64,000 nt of DNA from Chitinophagaceae bacterium (GTDB lineage: Bacteria; Bacteroidota; Bacteroidia; Chitinophagales; Chitinophagaceae), in assembly GCA_019638595.1 (NCBI GenBank), contig JAHBTJ010000007.1, positions 229,674 through 293,673 on the forward strand, read 5' to 3'. This document shows positions 1-9,586 of the stretch, one piece after another. A program made the position numbers and the translations under genes. How positions within the stretch are numbered: the first letter of the stretch is position 1; each line of letters begins with the position of its first letter. Below the pieces are notes generated by a model. It had not been told where the DNA came from. It did not search any database and was given only the letters and a program-made list of their open reading frames with translations.

Positions 1-1453
1 TTTCCGGTCCGTAAGGTTCCATCTGGCAGATTATATTATAAAAGGGTTGTTTTACGTCCGAAAGTTGAATTTCCGCATCTATCGTCAATACAGGGATCAG
101 CAATTCAGGCGTTATCAGGGAGGAGACCACTTCTTCAAATTTCTGACTGAATAATTCTACCTGTTCGGGTAGAAGGGTCATGCCGGCAGCGGCGAAATGT
201 CCTCCGTAACCCAGCAGATGCTGCCTGCATGCATGTACAGCTTCGTACAGGTTAAAGCCCGGCACGCTGCGCGCGCTTCCCGCAACAACAGAGCCGCTTT
301 GTGTTAGTACTATTGTAGGCCGGTAATATTTTTCAATCAGTCGCGAGGCTACTATACCCACTACTCCTTTATGCCAGTGAGGCTGGTATACCACTGTTGT
401 TTTACGCTGTACAAGCACTTCGTCGCTTTCGATAATGCTCAGTGCCTGTTCCGTAATACTACTGTCGGCTTCCTTTCTTTCGTCATTGTCGCTGTGCAGG
501 AAGCCGGCATATTCCTGTGCTTTTGTGTAATCTTTTTCAATAAACAATTGCACTGCTTTCCTGGCATCATCCATACGGCCTGCGGCATTCACCCTTGGCG
601 CAATCACAAAAACGAGGTTCGTAATATGAATAACGGTTTGTTTCAATCCACTTAATTCAATCAGGGCCTTTATGCCGGGAGATGGATTTTCATTCACCTG
701 TTTAACCCCGTGATAGGCTAATATCCTGTTTTCGCCGGTCATAGGCACAATATCAGCAGCGATAGCGGTTGCAACCAGGTCGAGATAGCAGCGATATGAT
801 GATTCCGGCAAACCAAAATGACTGGCCAGCGCGCTGATCAGTTTAAAGCCTACCCCGCAACCGCAAAGCTCTTTGTAAGGATATCCGCAATCCTTTTGTT
901 TGGGATTAAGAATAGCAGCGGCGGGAGGCAGCGTTTCATCGGGTAAATGGTGGTCGCATACAATAAAATCTATGCCGATTGATTTTGCGTAACTGATAAG
1001 ACCGGCCGATTTAATACCACAATCCAATGAAACGATCAATGTAATATTATTAGCAAAAGCGTAGTCTATGCCTTGTTTCGAAACGCCATATCCTTCGCGG
1101 TAACGGTGAGGGATATAAAACTGAATAAGCTCCGGCGTGTAGATCTTACAAAGAAACTGGTACATGCTTGCCACAGCGGTAGTGCCGTCTACATCATAGT
1201 CGCCAAATACCAGTATTTTTTCTTTTTTTTCAAAGGCGGCTACTAATCTATGAAGAGCCTTGTGCATATCCTTCATCAAAAAAGGATCGTGCAAATGATC
1301 GAGATTGGGCCGAAAATAATTTTTTGCCAGCTCAAAATCGGTAATGCCGCGCTGGGCCAGGATGTTACAAATGACAGGATGGATTTTCAAAGTGCTGAAT
1401 AAATGATCCGCTTCCCGGCGGGGTGTTTTCAGTATGTGCCATCGTTTTTCCAT
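1..1453 (-). CDS. recJ: Single-stranded DNA exonuclease RecJ (3' end runs off window)
   Basis: Not in ORF track. Manual translation from ATG at 1453: MEKRWHILKTPRREADHLFSTLKIHPVICNILAQRGI..., with DHH-family motifs GDYDVDG, DCG, CDHH and GGHFAAAG. Confidence 0.95.
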   Translation of the reverse strand, partial: MEKRWHILKTPRREADHLFSTLKIHPVICNILAQRGITDFELAKNYFRPNLDHLHDPFLMKDMHKALHRLVAAFEKKEKILVFGDYDVDGTTAVASMYQFLCKIYTPELIQFYIPHRYREGYGVSKQGIDYAFANNITLIVSLDCGIKSAGLISYAKSIGIDFIVCDHHLPDETLPPAAAILNPKQKDCGYPYKELCGCGVGFKLISALASHFGLPESSYRCYLDLVATAIAADIVPMTGENRILAYHGVKQVNENPSPGIKALIELSGLKQTVIHITNLVFVIAPRVNAAGRMDDARKAVQLFIEKDYTKAQEYAGFLHSDNDERKEADSSITEQALSIIESDEVLVQRKTTVVYQPHWHKGVVGIVASRLIEKYYRPTIVLTQSGSVVAGSARSVPGFNLYEAVHACRQHLLGYGGHFAAAGMTLLPEQVELFSQKFEEVVSSLITPELLIPVLTIDAEIQLSDVKQPFYNIICQMEPYGPE

Positions 1454-1468
1454 TCAGTCTTTGCTTTT

Positions 1469-2431
1469 CTAATGCTTTCTGTCTGTGGTGTAATTTACCA
1501 ATTCTTCTAATGCGTCGCGGGTGTCCGAGGGGGGGAATTCGTGCAATAAGGCCAGGGCTTTATCGCGGTATTCTGTCATTTTTTTTATTCCATATTCAAT
1601 ACCGCCAGATTGTCTTACCTGTTCAATCACATAATTTACTTTGGCTTTTATCCTGTTCTGGTTTTTAAGAATATAAATGAGCTCCCTGCGCTTGCTTCCC
1701 TCTATGTGATTTAAAGTATATATGAGCGGAAGGGTCAGCTTTTTTTCCTTAATGTCGTTGCCGGTGGGTTTACCAACGGTATCTGTACCGTAATCAAAAA
1801 GATCATCTTTTATTTGAAATGCTATACCTGTATATTCTCCGAACTGCCTGAACTTTTCCGCTGTTTCATCGTTCTGGCATGCCGACCAGGCGCCTGCGGA
1901 ACAGGCAGAAGCCAGCAGGGAGGCTGTTTTGGTTTGTATGATCTCGAAATAAATATTTTCATCAAGGTTTAAGCCCCTGGCCTTTTCTATCTGCAAAAGC
2001 TCTCCCTCGCTCATTTTGCGTACTGCGTCCGATAAAATATGCAGGATCCTGTAATCTCCTCCGTTGAGGGACAACAACAATCCCTTACTGAGCAAATAGT
2101 CCCCTACTAATACCGAAACCTTCGATTTCCAGAGGGCATAAGCAGAAAAAAAACCTCTTCTTTCGTACGATTCATCTACCACATCGTCGTGTACCAGGCT
2201 GGCGGTGTGCAACAATTCCACCAATGAAGCGGCCCGGTAGGTAGATTCATTGATTTCACCCGCCAGCTTGGCAGAAAGCAATACGAACATGGGGCGCAAT
2301 TGTTTACCCTTACGTCTAACAATATACTGCATAATCCTGTCGAGCAGGGGAATATTGCTTTTAACCGATTTTTTAAATGCGGTTTCAAAGTAATCCAGTT
2401 CAGTTGCTATGATCTTCTTTGCTGTGTTCAT
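1469..2431 (-). CDS. ispB: Polyprenyl diphosphate synthase (IspB-like)
   Basis: GKQLRP, first Asp-rich motif ELLHTASLVHDDVVD, RRG, second motif GIAFQIKDDLFD. Confidence 0.9.
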   Translation of the reverse strand: MNTAKKIIATELDYFETAFKKSVKSNIPLLDRIMQYIVRRKGKQLRPMFVLLSAKLAGEINESTYRAASLVELLHTASLVHDDVVDESYERRGFFSAYALWKSKVSVLVGDYLLSKGLLLSLNGGDYRILHILSDAVRKMSEGELLQIEKARGLNLDENIYFEIIQTKTASLLASACSAGAWSACQNDETAEKFRQFGEYTGIAFQIKDDLFDYGTDTVGKPTGNDIKEKKLTLPLIYTLNHIEGSKRRELIYILKNQNRIKAKVNYVIEQVRQSGGIEYGIKKMTEYRDKALALLHEFPPSDTRDALEELVNYTTDRKH

Positions 2432-2552
2432 TTACGCTATTCTACCTCAAAATGCAACATATTTTCCTAAATTGCTGCCTGATATAAAAAAAATGCAATT
2501 TAGCGGTGTAATTTATTATTTCTAAAAAATTTGGTATTTAATACTCAAGTGA

Positions 2553-2560
2553 TACTTTTG
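2553..2560 (+). promoter_or_regulatory. Bacteroidota sigma-A -7 box
   Basis: TACTTTTG matches TAnnTTTG; lies 51 nt before the ompA ATG at 2612. Confidence 0.6.
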
Positions 2561-2611
2561 CATATTCCAGAGGTATCGTCACCTTATTCACTCACTAATA
2601 TACATGCACTT

Positions 2612-4264
2612 ATGGCAACCAAAAGGTTTTTATTGCTGTTTGGGTTTCTGATTTTGCTAACGAATGGCTTAATTGCTCAGGAAACCAACACATCCGGTAG
2701 CTACGATTGGAGAGATTCCTCTTTAATACCTTCAAAAAGATTAGGACAGCACAATGAATTTTTGAATAACCAATATAGTTATCCGGCTAAGCCCAGAAAT
2801 CAGTGGGAGGTAGGGTTAAAAGTAGGCGCCTTTAATATTATTGGCGATGTAGCGTCAAGTTTTCCAACACCTGGCTTTGGCGTTCATGTAAGAAAATCTT
2901 TGGGATATGTTTTCTCGCTCCGCGCTGAATATGTGTATGGTATGGCCAGGGGGGTTAACTGGAAAGCCAGAACAGCGGGTCTAGCTCAGCACTGGATAGA
3001 TGCCGGGTATACCGGGGGAGGAGCTGACAGGGTATTCGATAATTATAAATCTACTGTTCAGGATCTTTCGCTTCAGGGAGTATTTACAATGAATAATCTC
3101 CGTTTTCACAAAGGAAAAACAGGATTTGTGGTGTATGGCTTGGCTGGCCTTGGAGCTACTATTTATGATACAAAAGTGAATGTATTAACCGATGCTAATG
3201 CCAAGTATAATTTTGGTTCAATAACAAACAGCAATGTTTATAAAGACAGAAAGCAGACGATTAAGGATGTAAAAAATATTTTAGATGCAGGAAGCTATGA
3301 TGTTCAGGCTGAAGATGGAGGCGCTACCCGGCAAAAATTATTTGGTCAGACACTCCGCTTTTCAAGAACCGTTGGAGCGGGACTTGCCATTAAGCTGAGT
3401 GACAGGCTGAATTTAGCGCTGGAAGACAGGGTAACAATGATAGGGGATGATTTACTGGACGGTGTTCAATGGCAGAATGTTAACGGACGGGTACAGACTC
3501 CCAGCTATGATATTTACAACTACCTGAGCCTGGGCTTAAACATCAACATTGGTTCCAAAACAAAAGCTGTTCAACCTTTGTGGTGGCTTAACCCGCTCGA
3601 TTACGCCTACAGCGAGCTGAATTCGCCCAAGCACATGAAAATACCGAAACCTGTACTGGATGACGCTGATGGTGATGGTATTCCCGACCAATTTGATATG
3701 GAACCCAATACGCCTGCCGGTTCGCCGGTTGACAGCCATGGTGTAAGCAGGGATACAGACGGCGACGGAGTGCCTGATTACAAAGACAAAGAACTGATTA
3801 CACCTACAACCTGCCAGCCTGTTGATGCGGATGGCGTAGGTAAATGTCCATGCCCTGATGAATCTTGTTTTGACGGTTTTGTGGCCAGAAATAAAAATAA
3901 TTGTGGCATCGGCGACCTGCCAAGCATTTCGTTCAGCGCGAAATTGTACCGCCTGGGTAAAGATGCTGAAGCAGTGCTGGCAAATGTGGCAGACAGGCTT
4001 CGCCAGAACCCTGGTTGTAAAATAGTGGTAACCAGCTATACTTGCGAACCTTCCAAATCTTCACAACAGTTAAGCTGGGATAGGGTAAATACGGTAATCA
4101 ATTACCTGGTTGAAAAACAAGGTATTAGCTCAGATCGCCTGATCTTCAAATATGGCGAATCCGGCGGCGATTGCAATACGGTAGACTTGAGGGCTGCTGA
4201 TACCGGCGATGAGGGTCCAAATACAGTACCGGCGCCGCATCCGAACCTGAGAAGAAGGGGATAA
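2612..4264 (+). CDS. OmpA-family outer membrane protein with TSP3-like DxDxDG repeats
   Basis: Signal peptide MATKRFLLLF..., beta-barrel-like N-terminus, DADGDGIPD/DTDGDGVPD repeats, C-terminal OmpA-like domain (QQLSWDRVNTV). Start moved to ATG 2612. Confidence 0.88.
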   Translation: MATKRFLLLFGFLILLTNGLIAQETNTSGSYDWRDSSLIPSKRLGQHNEFLNNQYSYPAKPRNQWEVGLKVGAFNIIGDVASSFPTPGFGVHVRKSLGYVFSLRAEYVYGMARGVNWKARTAGLAQHWIDAGYTGGGADRVFDNYKSTVQDLSLQGVFTMNNLRFHKGKTGFVVYGLAGLGATIYDTKVNVLTDANAKYNFGSITNSNVYKDRKQTIKDVKNILDAGSYDVQAEDGGATRQKLFGQTLRFSRTVGAGLAIKLSDRLNLALEDRVTMIGDDLLDGVQWQNVNGRVQTPSYDIYNYLSLGLNINIGSKTKAVQPLWWLNPLDYAYSELNSPKHMKIPKPVLDDADGDGIPDQFDMEPNTPAGSPVDSHGVSRDTDGDGVPDYKDKELITPTTCQPVDADGVGKCPCPDESCFDGFVARNKNNCGIGDLPSISFSAKLYRLGKDAEAVLANVADRLRQNPGCKIVVTSYTCEPSKSSQQLSWDRVNTVINYLVEKQGISSDRLIFKYGESGGDCNTVDLRAADTGDEGPNTVPAPHPNLRRRG

Positions 4265-4287
4265 GAACAAATTGAATTTGATACACG

Positions 4288-4324
4288 AAAAAGGCTGATT
4301 CAACAACGAATCAGCTTTTTTTTA
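4288..4324 (+). terminator. Intrinsic terminator after ompA
   Basis: AAGGCTGATTC-AACAAC-GAATCAGCTTT hairpin followed by a T run. Confidence 0.8.
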
Positions 4325-4390
4325 TGAAGCTGTTAACTACGTGGAACCCGTAAGCCTCTTATATTTATTCATTTTATAAACTAAAAAGCA

Positions 4391-4398
4391 TACTTTTG
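4391..4398 (+). promoter_or_regulatory. -7 promoter box of bamD operon
   Basis: TACTTTTG, 11 nt before bamD ATG. Confidence 0.6.
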
Positions 4399-4409
4399 CC
4401 CGCCTTTTT

Positions 4410-5213
4410 ATGAGATTTATAAAATACTTTGTTTTACTGGTTGGTGTTGTTTTCACCTTTTCGTCATGCTCCAAGTTTTCTAAAGTAATGAAAAGCAAGG
4501 ACTACGAGTATAAGCTAAAGATGGCTGACCAGTATTTTGTGAAAAAGAAATATCGTTTTGCACAACAGTTGTACGAAGATCTTTTCCCGGTGTACAAAGG
4601 ATCCAATCGTTTTGAGGATATACATTACAAGTTTGCATATTGCGCATATTACCTGAAGGATTATTTAAGTGCCGAGAATTTGTTTAAAAGCTTTCTTGAA
4701 TACTTTCCCAATAGCCCGAAAGCCGAAGAGGTGGACTTCATGCATGCTTTCTGTTATTTTAAGCAATCACCCCGCCCGGAGCTGGATCAAACGAATACAA
4801 TTAAAGCCATGGGGCAAATGCAAACTTTTATTAATACCCACCCGGGCTCGGAGCGTAATAAGGAAGCCCAGGACATTATTTCGCAGTGCTATAGTAAAAT
4901 GATTACCAAAGATTATAAAAACGCGGAATTGTATTATAATCTTGGACAATACCGTGCAGCAGCAATATCGTTTGCAACCCTGCTGAACTCCTATCCCGAC
5001 GCTCCGAACGCAGATGAATTTAAGCTTTGGGTGGTTCGCTCATATTACAAATTTGCTAACATGAGTGTACTGGAAAAGCAAACCGAACGTTATAACCAGG
5101 TAATTGAGGAAGTGCAGGATTTTCAGGATCGCTTCCCTGAAAGCAAATTGCTGAAAGATGCGGAGCAATACTTAACTTTGTCACAGAATAATTTAAAAAC
5201 TATTACGCAATGA
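4410..5213 (+). CDS. bamD: Outer membrane protein assembly lipoprotein BamD
   Basis: Lipobox FSSC, TPR-like helices (YLSAENLFKSFLEYFPNSPKAEE); typical Bacteroidota bamD-rpoZ-coaBC order. Confidence 0.92.
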   Translation: MRFIKYFVLLVGVVFTFSSCSKFSKVMKSKDYEYKLKMADQYFVKKKYRFAQQLYEDLFPVYKGSNRFEDIHYKFAYCAYYLKDYLSAENLFKSFLEYFPNSPKAEEVDFMHAFCYFKQSPRPELDQTNTIKAMGQMQTFINTHPGSERNKEAQDIISQCYSKMITKDYKNAELYYNLGQYRAAAISFATLLNSYPDAPNADEFKLWVVRSYYKFANMSVLEKQTERYNQVIEEVQDFQDRFPESKLLKDAEQYLTLSQNNLKTITQ

Positions 5214-5554
5214 GCAGATTAAGGAAACAATGGGGTAGCAATACTACCGCAAATGTGGTTGAAACTAAAAATGTTGCTGATATTAAGCGGAAAACCGGCA
5301 ATTTGTACGAGTCGATCGCTATTATTGGTAAAAGGGCTAACCAAATTAATATTGCGCTGAAAGAAGAGTTGCATAATAAACTGGAAGAATTTGCCAGCCA
5401 TACCGATAGCCTGGAGGAAATTCATGAAAACAAGGAGCAGATTGAAATTTCCAAGGCATATGAAAAAATGCCCAATCCTGCATTATTGGCCACCCAGGAG
5501 TTCTTCGACGATAAAATTTATTATCGTAAGAACGATGATGATCTGTTTAGTTAA
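5210..5554 (+). CDS. rpoZ: RNA polymerase omega subunit
   Basis: GNLYESIAIIGKRANQI...ENKEQIEISKAYEKMPNP, Bacteroidota omega pattern; ATGA overlap with bamD. Confidence 0.9.
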   Translation: MSRLRKQWGSNTTANVVETKNVADIKRKTGNLYESIAIIGKRANQINIALKEELHNKLEEFASHTDSLEEIHENKEQIEISKAYEKMPNPALLATQEFFDDKIYYRKNDDDLFS

Positions 5555-5599
5555 AATTTATACCATTAAACATATTTAATTCAATGCGGCAATTAAAAC

Positions 5600-6826
5600 A
5601 TGCCGCTTTTTGTATTTTTAGGAATGATGTTAAAAGGTAAAAAGATTTTAGTAGGGATTACCGGCAGTATAGCGGCTTATAAAGCTGCAACGCTGGTACG
5701 CTTTCTTATAAAAGAAGGGGCGGAAGTTAAAGTGATCATGACGCCGGCTGCTAAAGATTTTATTACTCCACTTACCTTATCAACCCTGTCAAAATATCCC
5801 GTATTAACAGATATATTTAAGGAGGATGAATGGGCGAATCATGTTATGCTGGGGCGGTGGGCGGATGTATTGGTTGTTGCGCCGCTAAGCTGCAATACAC
5901 TGGCAAAAATGGCTTCCGGCTTATGCGATAATCTTTTACTCAGCGTGTATCTTTCCGCAACCTGTCCTGTAATACTGGCGCCGGCAATGGATGAAGATAT
6001 GTGGAAGCATCCCGCCACACAACATAACATTAAACAGGTTCAGCAATTTGGTAACCGGGTTATACCTGTAGAGAGCGGAGAGCTTGCAAGCGGACTGATT
6101 GGAGAAGGAAGAATGGCGGAACCTGAGCACATCGGGAACTATATTATTGATTTTTTTTCAAAGCAGCCTGGCCCATTGGCAGGTAAAAAAGCCCTGGTAA
6201 CGGCAGGACCTACTTATGAGCATATTGATCCTGTCCGTTTTATCGGCAATCATTCCAGCGGGAAAATGGGGATAGCTATAGCCAATGCTTTATATAAACA
6301 AGGCGCAGAAGTTACGCTGGTATTAGGCCCTGTTCCCGATAATAGTCTTTTAAAAGGCATTGAAGTGGTACATGTTCAATCGGCCCGGGAAATGTATGAG
6401 GCTTGTCAAAAGGTGTTTCCACAAACCAATATAACCATAATGGCTGCGGCTGTAGCCGATTATACCCCCGCTACATTTGTAAATGAAAAAATAAAGAAGA
6501 GTGAAGGTAACTGGTTGCTTGAATTAACAAAAACGCAGGATATATTAAAAGACCTGGGCGGCAAAAAGCGGGATGAGCAATTATTGATAGGATTTGCGCT
6601 TGAAACCAATAATGAAAAGGCAAATGCGTTAACCAAGCTGAAAAGCAAGAATGCCGATATGATTGTGCTGAACTCTTTAAATGATAAGGAAGCCGGTTTT
6701 GGAAAGGATACCAATAAGGTGACCATTTTTGATAAACGGGGCGGGGTAGCAGCGTTTGAAGCAAAGCCAAAAGATGCCGTGGCCAACGATATTGTTAACT
6801 ATTTAATTGAGTATGCAAATGCGTAG
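5600..6826 (+). CDS. coaBC: Bifunctional phosphopantothenoylcysteine decarboxylase/ligase (start may be ~5624-5627)
   Basis: GITGSIAAYK, PAMDEDMW, TAGPTYEHIDPVRFIGNHSSGKMG, AAAVADY, GFALET. Confidence 0.97.
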   Translation: MPLFVFLGMMLKGKKILVGITGSIAAYKAATLVRFLIKEGAEVKVIMTPAAKDFITPLTLSTLSKYPVLTDIFKEDEWANHVMLGRWADVLVVAPLSCNTLAKMASGLCDNLLLSVYLSATCPVILAPAMDEDMWKHPATQHNIKQVQQFGNRVIPVESGELASGLIGEGRMAEPEHIGNYIIDFFSKQPGPLAGKKALVTAGPTYEHIDPVRFIGNHSSGKMGIAIANALYKQGAEVTLVLGPVPDNSLLKGIEVVHVQSAREMYEACQKVFPQTNITIMAAAVADYTPATFVNEKIKKSEGNWLLELTKTQDILKDLGGKKRDEQLLIGFALETNNEKANALTKLKSKNADMIVLNSLNDKEAGFGKDTNKVTIFDKRGGVAAFEAKPKDAVANDIVNYLIEYANA

Positions 6827-7736
6827 GATCGTATGTTTGGTGGGCGCCTGTATGTGCATTCAATACGCGTTGGCGCAGGAGCTGAATGCAAAGGTATCCG
6901 TGGTTGCTGCCCAGGTTAGCAGTTCTGTAGATAAAAAGGTTTTTCAAACATTGCAGACAACGCTTACGAATTTTTTAAATAATCGTAAATGGACAAAGGA
7001 TCCGTACCAGCAGCAGGAAAAGATTACCTGTAATTTTTTGCTGAACCTTACGCAGGATGCTGATCCGAATGTGTATAAAGCAATGCTTACCATACAGGCC
7101 GGCAGACCGGTGTACAACAGCAACTATATATCTCCGTTGGTGAATTTCCAGGATAACGATGTTACTTTTAAGTACGTTGAATTTCAACAGATAGATTTTA
7201 ATGAAAGCAATATAAGCGGTTCCGACCCCCAGGCATCCAATCTTACAGCCGTGCTGGCGTATTATGTATACCTGATATTGGGGCTCGATTATGATTCATT
7301 TTCCCCACGTGGCGGCGACCAGTATTTTAAGAGCGCTCAAAATATTGTGGTAAATGCGCCGGATGGCAGAAATATAACAGGCTGGAAAGCCTTTGACGGA
7401 CAAAGGAACAGGTATTGGCTGGCCGAGAATTTTACCAATAGTAAGTACACCTTATTGCACGACGCCTATTATACGTATTATCATCTTGGGCTGGATAAAA
7501 TGTATGAAGATGAAAATGAAGGACGGCAGCAGGTTTTAAATAGCCTGAACGCTTTAAACACGCTCAGTACCGATAATCGGAACTTAATGGGATTGTATTT
7601 TTTCTTTTTAGGCAAAAGCGATGAGCTTATTAAAATGTTTAAAAAAGCTCCTCCCCAGGACAGGGTAAAAGCTTCTGAATTATTGCAAAGGCTGGATATT
7701 TCAAAAGCGGGCGACTATAAGCAGGAATTAAAATGA
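6816..7736 (+). CDS. DUF4835 family protein (PorD-like)
   Basis: Signal peptide then AQELNAKVSV; YVYLILGLDYDSFS and NRYWLAEN; usual position after coaBC. Confidence 0.8.
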   Translation, partial: QMRRIVCLVGACMCIQYALAQELNAKVSVVAAQVSSSVDKKVFQTLQTTLTNFLNNRKWTKDPYQQQEKITCNFLLNLTQDADPNVYKAMLTIQAGRPVYNSNYISPLVNFQDNDVTFKYVEFQQIDFNESNISGSDPQASNLTAVLAYYVYLILGLDYDSFSPRGGDQYFKSAQNIVVNAPDGRNITGWKAFDGQRNRYWLAENFTNSKYTLLHDAYYTYYHLGLDKMYEDENEGRQQVLNSLNALNTLSTDNRNLMGLYFFFLGKSDELIKMFKKAPPQDRVKASELLQRLDISKAGDYKQELK

Positions 7737-8086
7737 AATACATTGGTTTTATAATAGCGGTGGTGCTAGCTGTGTCATGCTCTTCGGGAAAAAGGATTCC
7801 TGACGGTATCATTAAGCCCGATGCTATGGGCAATATCCTTTTTGACGCCGGTATGGCCGAGGAGTTCGTTATGTCGTATGTAGCAAAGGATTCCGCTAAA
7901 AATAAAGACGTGGAATTGCAGAAAGAGTACCAGAAAATTTATTTGCTGTATAATGTAACAGAAGAGCAGTTTAAGAAAAGCTATACTTTTTATAAGGCTC
8001 ATACCGATATTTTTAAAGTATTGATGGACTCCTTAAATGCGCGGGCCCAAAGGCGCAGAACAGAAATGTACAGGATGCCGGGCTGA
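7733..8086 (+). CDS. DUF4296-like lipoprotein
   Basis: Lipobox LAVSC, PDGIIKPDAM, YNVTEEQFKKSYTFY. Confidence 0.75.
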   Translation: MKYIGFIIAVVLAVSCSSGKRIPDGIIKPDAMGNILFDAGMAEEFVMSYVAKDSAKNKDVELQKEYQKIYLLYNVTEEQFKKSYTFYKAHTDIFKVLMDSLNARAQRRRTEMYRMPG

Positions 8087-8159
8087 GCATCTTTTTCCGG
8101 GTATAAGCTACCTTTTCAATATTCATGGTTTTGTATCTTCGCCTGAAAACGGTTATGGC

Positions 8160-8915
8160 ATGTTTACAAGTAAGGACGATTTAAAGCTGAACTATGGAAT
8201 TGATATGGAGATAGGTAAGTTTTTTGTTGACCGGAAAATTCCCGAAAATAATCTTTACTGGAAGGGGCGGTATCTTTATATCACACCCATGCCGGGTTAT
8301 CTTTTTATACCGCTTTATACTGACCTGCAGTGTAGGCTGGGGTTGCCTAAAAGCCGGTTATTGAGCGAAGGGCATATTGTGTTCATGGAAAAGATCATGC
8401 ATAGTATTGCAAAGCAGGAATTTGACAGTATTCCTATGGATGAGCATGTTAAGGAATGCATAGAAATAACAAAGCCTGTTTGCAGAAACAACCTGTTATT
8501 AGATGAGCTTGCATCCTGTTTTTTAGAAGGGCAGGTTGTACAAAAAGGAATATCGTTCGGTACGCCTTTAAGAGCTTTGAACAGGGTAGACAGCTATTTG
8601 TTCACGCTTTGTTATTTTGATGTTGATGACGAACAAAAGAAGCATCTGATAGATGCCTGGCATGCGTGCATGACCTTTTACCTGATCACTGACGACCTGG
8701 ATGATATTAAAAAAGATTTTGAAGAGAAGGAGGATAACGCCATTATTGAAGCCGGGCTGGATGAAAATGGCGCGAAGCTCATTGAATCTTACATGCAACA
8801 GAGTTATAATACCATGAATAAAATAAACCCGGTTTTTGCCAACAGGATGGATTATAGCTGGCAACAGATAAACGTGTGGCACAGCATTCAGCAATACCTG
8901 AAATCAGTCAATTAA
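8160..8915 (+). CDS. Hypothetical protein with isoprenoid synthase-like Asp-rich motif (LITDDLDD)
   Basis: 251 aa from ATG 8160, which follows a near-consensus -7 box TATCTTCG. ITDDLDD has the IxDDLxD pattern of IKDDLFD in the IspB-like protein of this window. Mainly helical character. Confidence 0.7.
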   Translation: MFTSKDDLKLNYGIDMEIGKFFVDRKIPENNLYWKGRYLYITPMPGYLFIPLYTDLQCRLGLPKSRLLSEGHIVFMEKIMHSIAKQEFDSIPMDEHVKECIEITKPVCRNNLLLDELASCFLEGQVVQKGISFGTPLRALNRVDSYLFTLCYFDVDDEQKKHLIDAWHACMTFYLITDDLDDIKKDFEEKEDNAIIEAGLDENGAKLIESYMQQSYNTMNKINPVFANRMDYSWQQINVWHSIQQYLKSVN

Positions 8916-9554
8916 ATTATTGCGAACAGAGAAAAAAACAAGCCCTGCAGTATTTTTTACATTGAACCGTTCCATCAGCCTGTCTTTAATAGCTTCTACC
9001 GTGCGCGGGCTGATATCCATTTTCTGCGCTATTTCAGTAGCTGTAAATTCCATGCAAAGCAACCGTAACACTTCCCTTTCTTTGTCGCTCACTACAATTT
9101 CACTGGTTAAAGACGGTACGATTTTAGTACGTGCATGCGATTTTTTAAGCAACACCTTGTTTACAAAGTTATTCAGATAATAGCCTTTAGACACTACTTC
9201 CACAATGGCCTTCTTGATTTCTGCGGGGTCGGCGCTTTTCAGCAGGTAGCCATTGGCTCCGTTTTCCATAAGATGCGAAACGAAGCGTTCATCTTCATAC
9301 ATGGTTAGCACTATTACATAAATATTGGGATATTCTTTGCTGATTACTTTGGTTGCCTCAATGCCATCTTTTACGGGCATCCGGAGGTCCATTAAAACAA
9401 CGTTCGGGTCTGCTTCGGCAAGTCCATCTAATAATTGCTGACCGTTTTCCGCTTCCAGTACAAACTTTATATTGGTAAAGGAACGTAGCGACAGTATAAC
9501 TCCTTTGCGGAATATTTGATGGTCGTCTGCAATGGCAACTTTAATAATGCTCAT
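8904..9554 (-). CDS. NarL/LuxR-family response regulator
   Basis: REC (ADDH, LMDLRMP, GYLLK) plus LuxR HTH (ISPRTVEAIKDRL). Confidence 0.95.
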   Translation of the reverse strand: MSIIKVAIADDHQIFRKGVILSLRSFTNIKFVLEAENGQQLLDGLAEADPNVVLMDLRMPVKDGIEATKVISKEYPNIYVIVLTMYEDERFVSHLMENGANGYLLKSADPAEIKKAIVEVVSKGYYLNNFVNKVLLKKSHARTKIVPSLTSEIVVSDKEREVLRLLCMEFTATEIAQKMDISPRTVEAIKDRLMERFNVKNTAGLVFFSVRNNLID

Positions 9555-9586
9555 ACCGGGTGTTTTGGTTTAATATTGGGATAGAT

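Noticed and set aside
371-655. Short plus-strand ORF, representative of many 60-200 aa antisense or overlapping ORFs in the track
   Set aside because: Shadow of recJ. The others likewise overlap well-supported genes and show no recognisable motifs.
3660-3900. DxDxDG and Cys-rich repeats in OmpA as a novel repeat protein
   Set aside because: TSP3-like calcium-binding linkers are common in Bacteroidota OmpA proteins.
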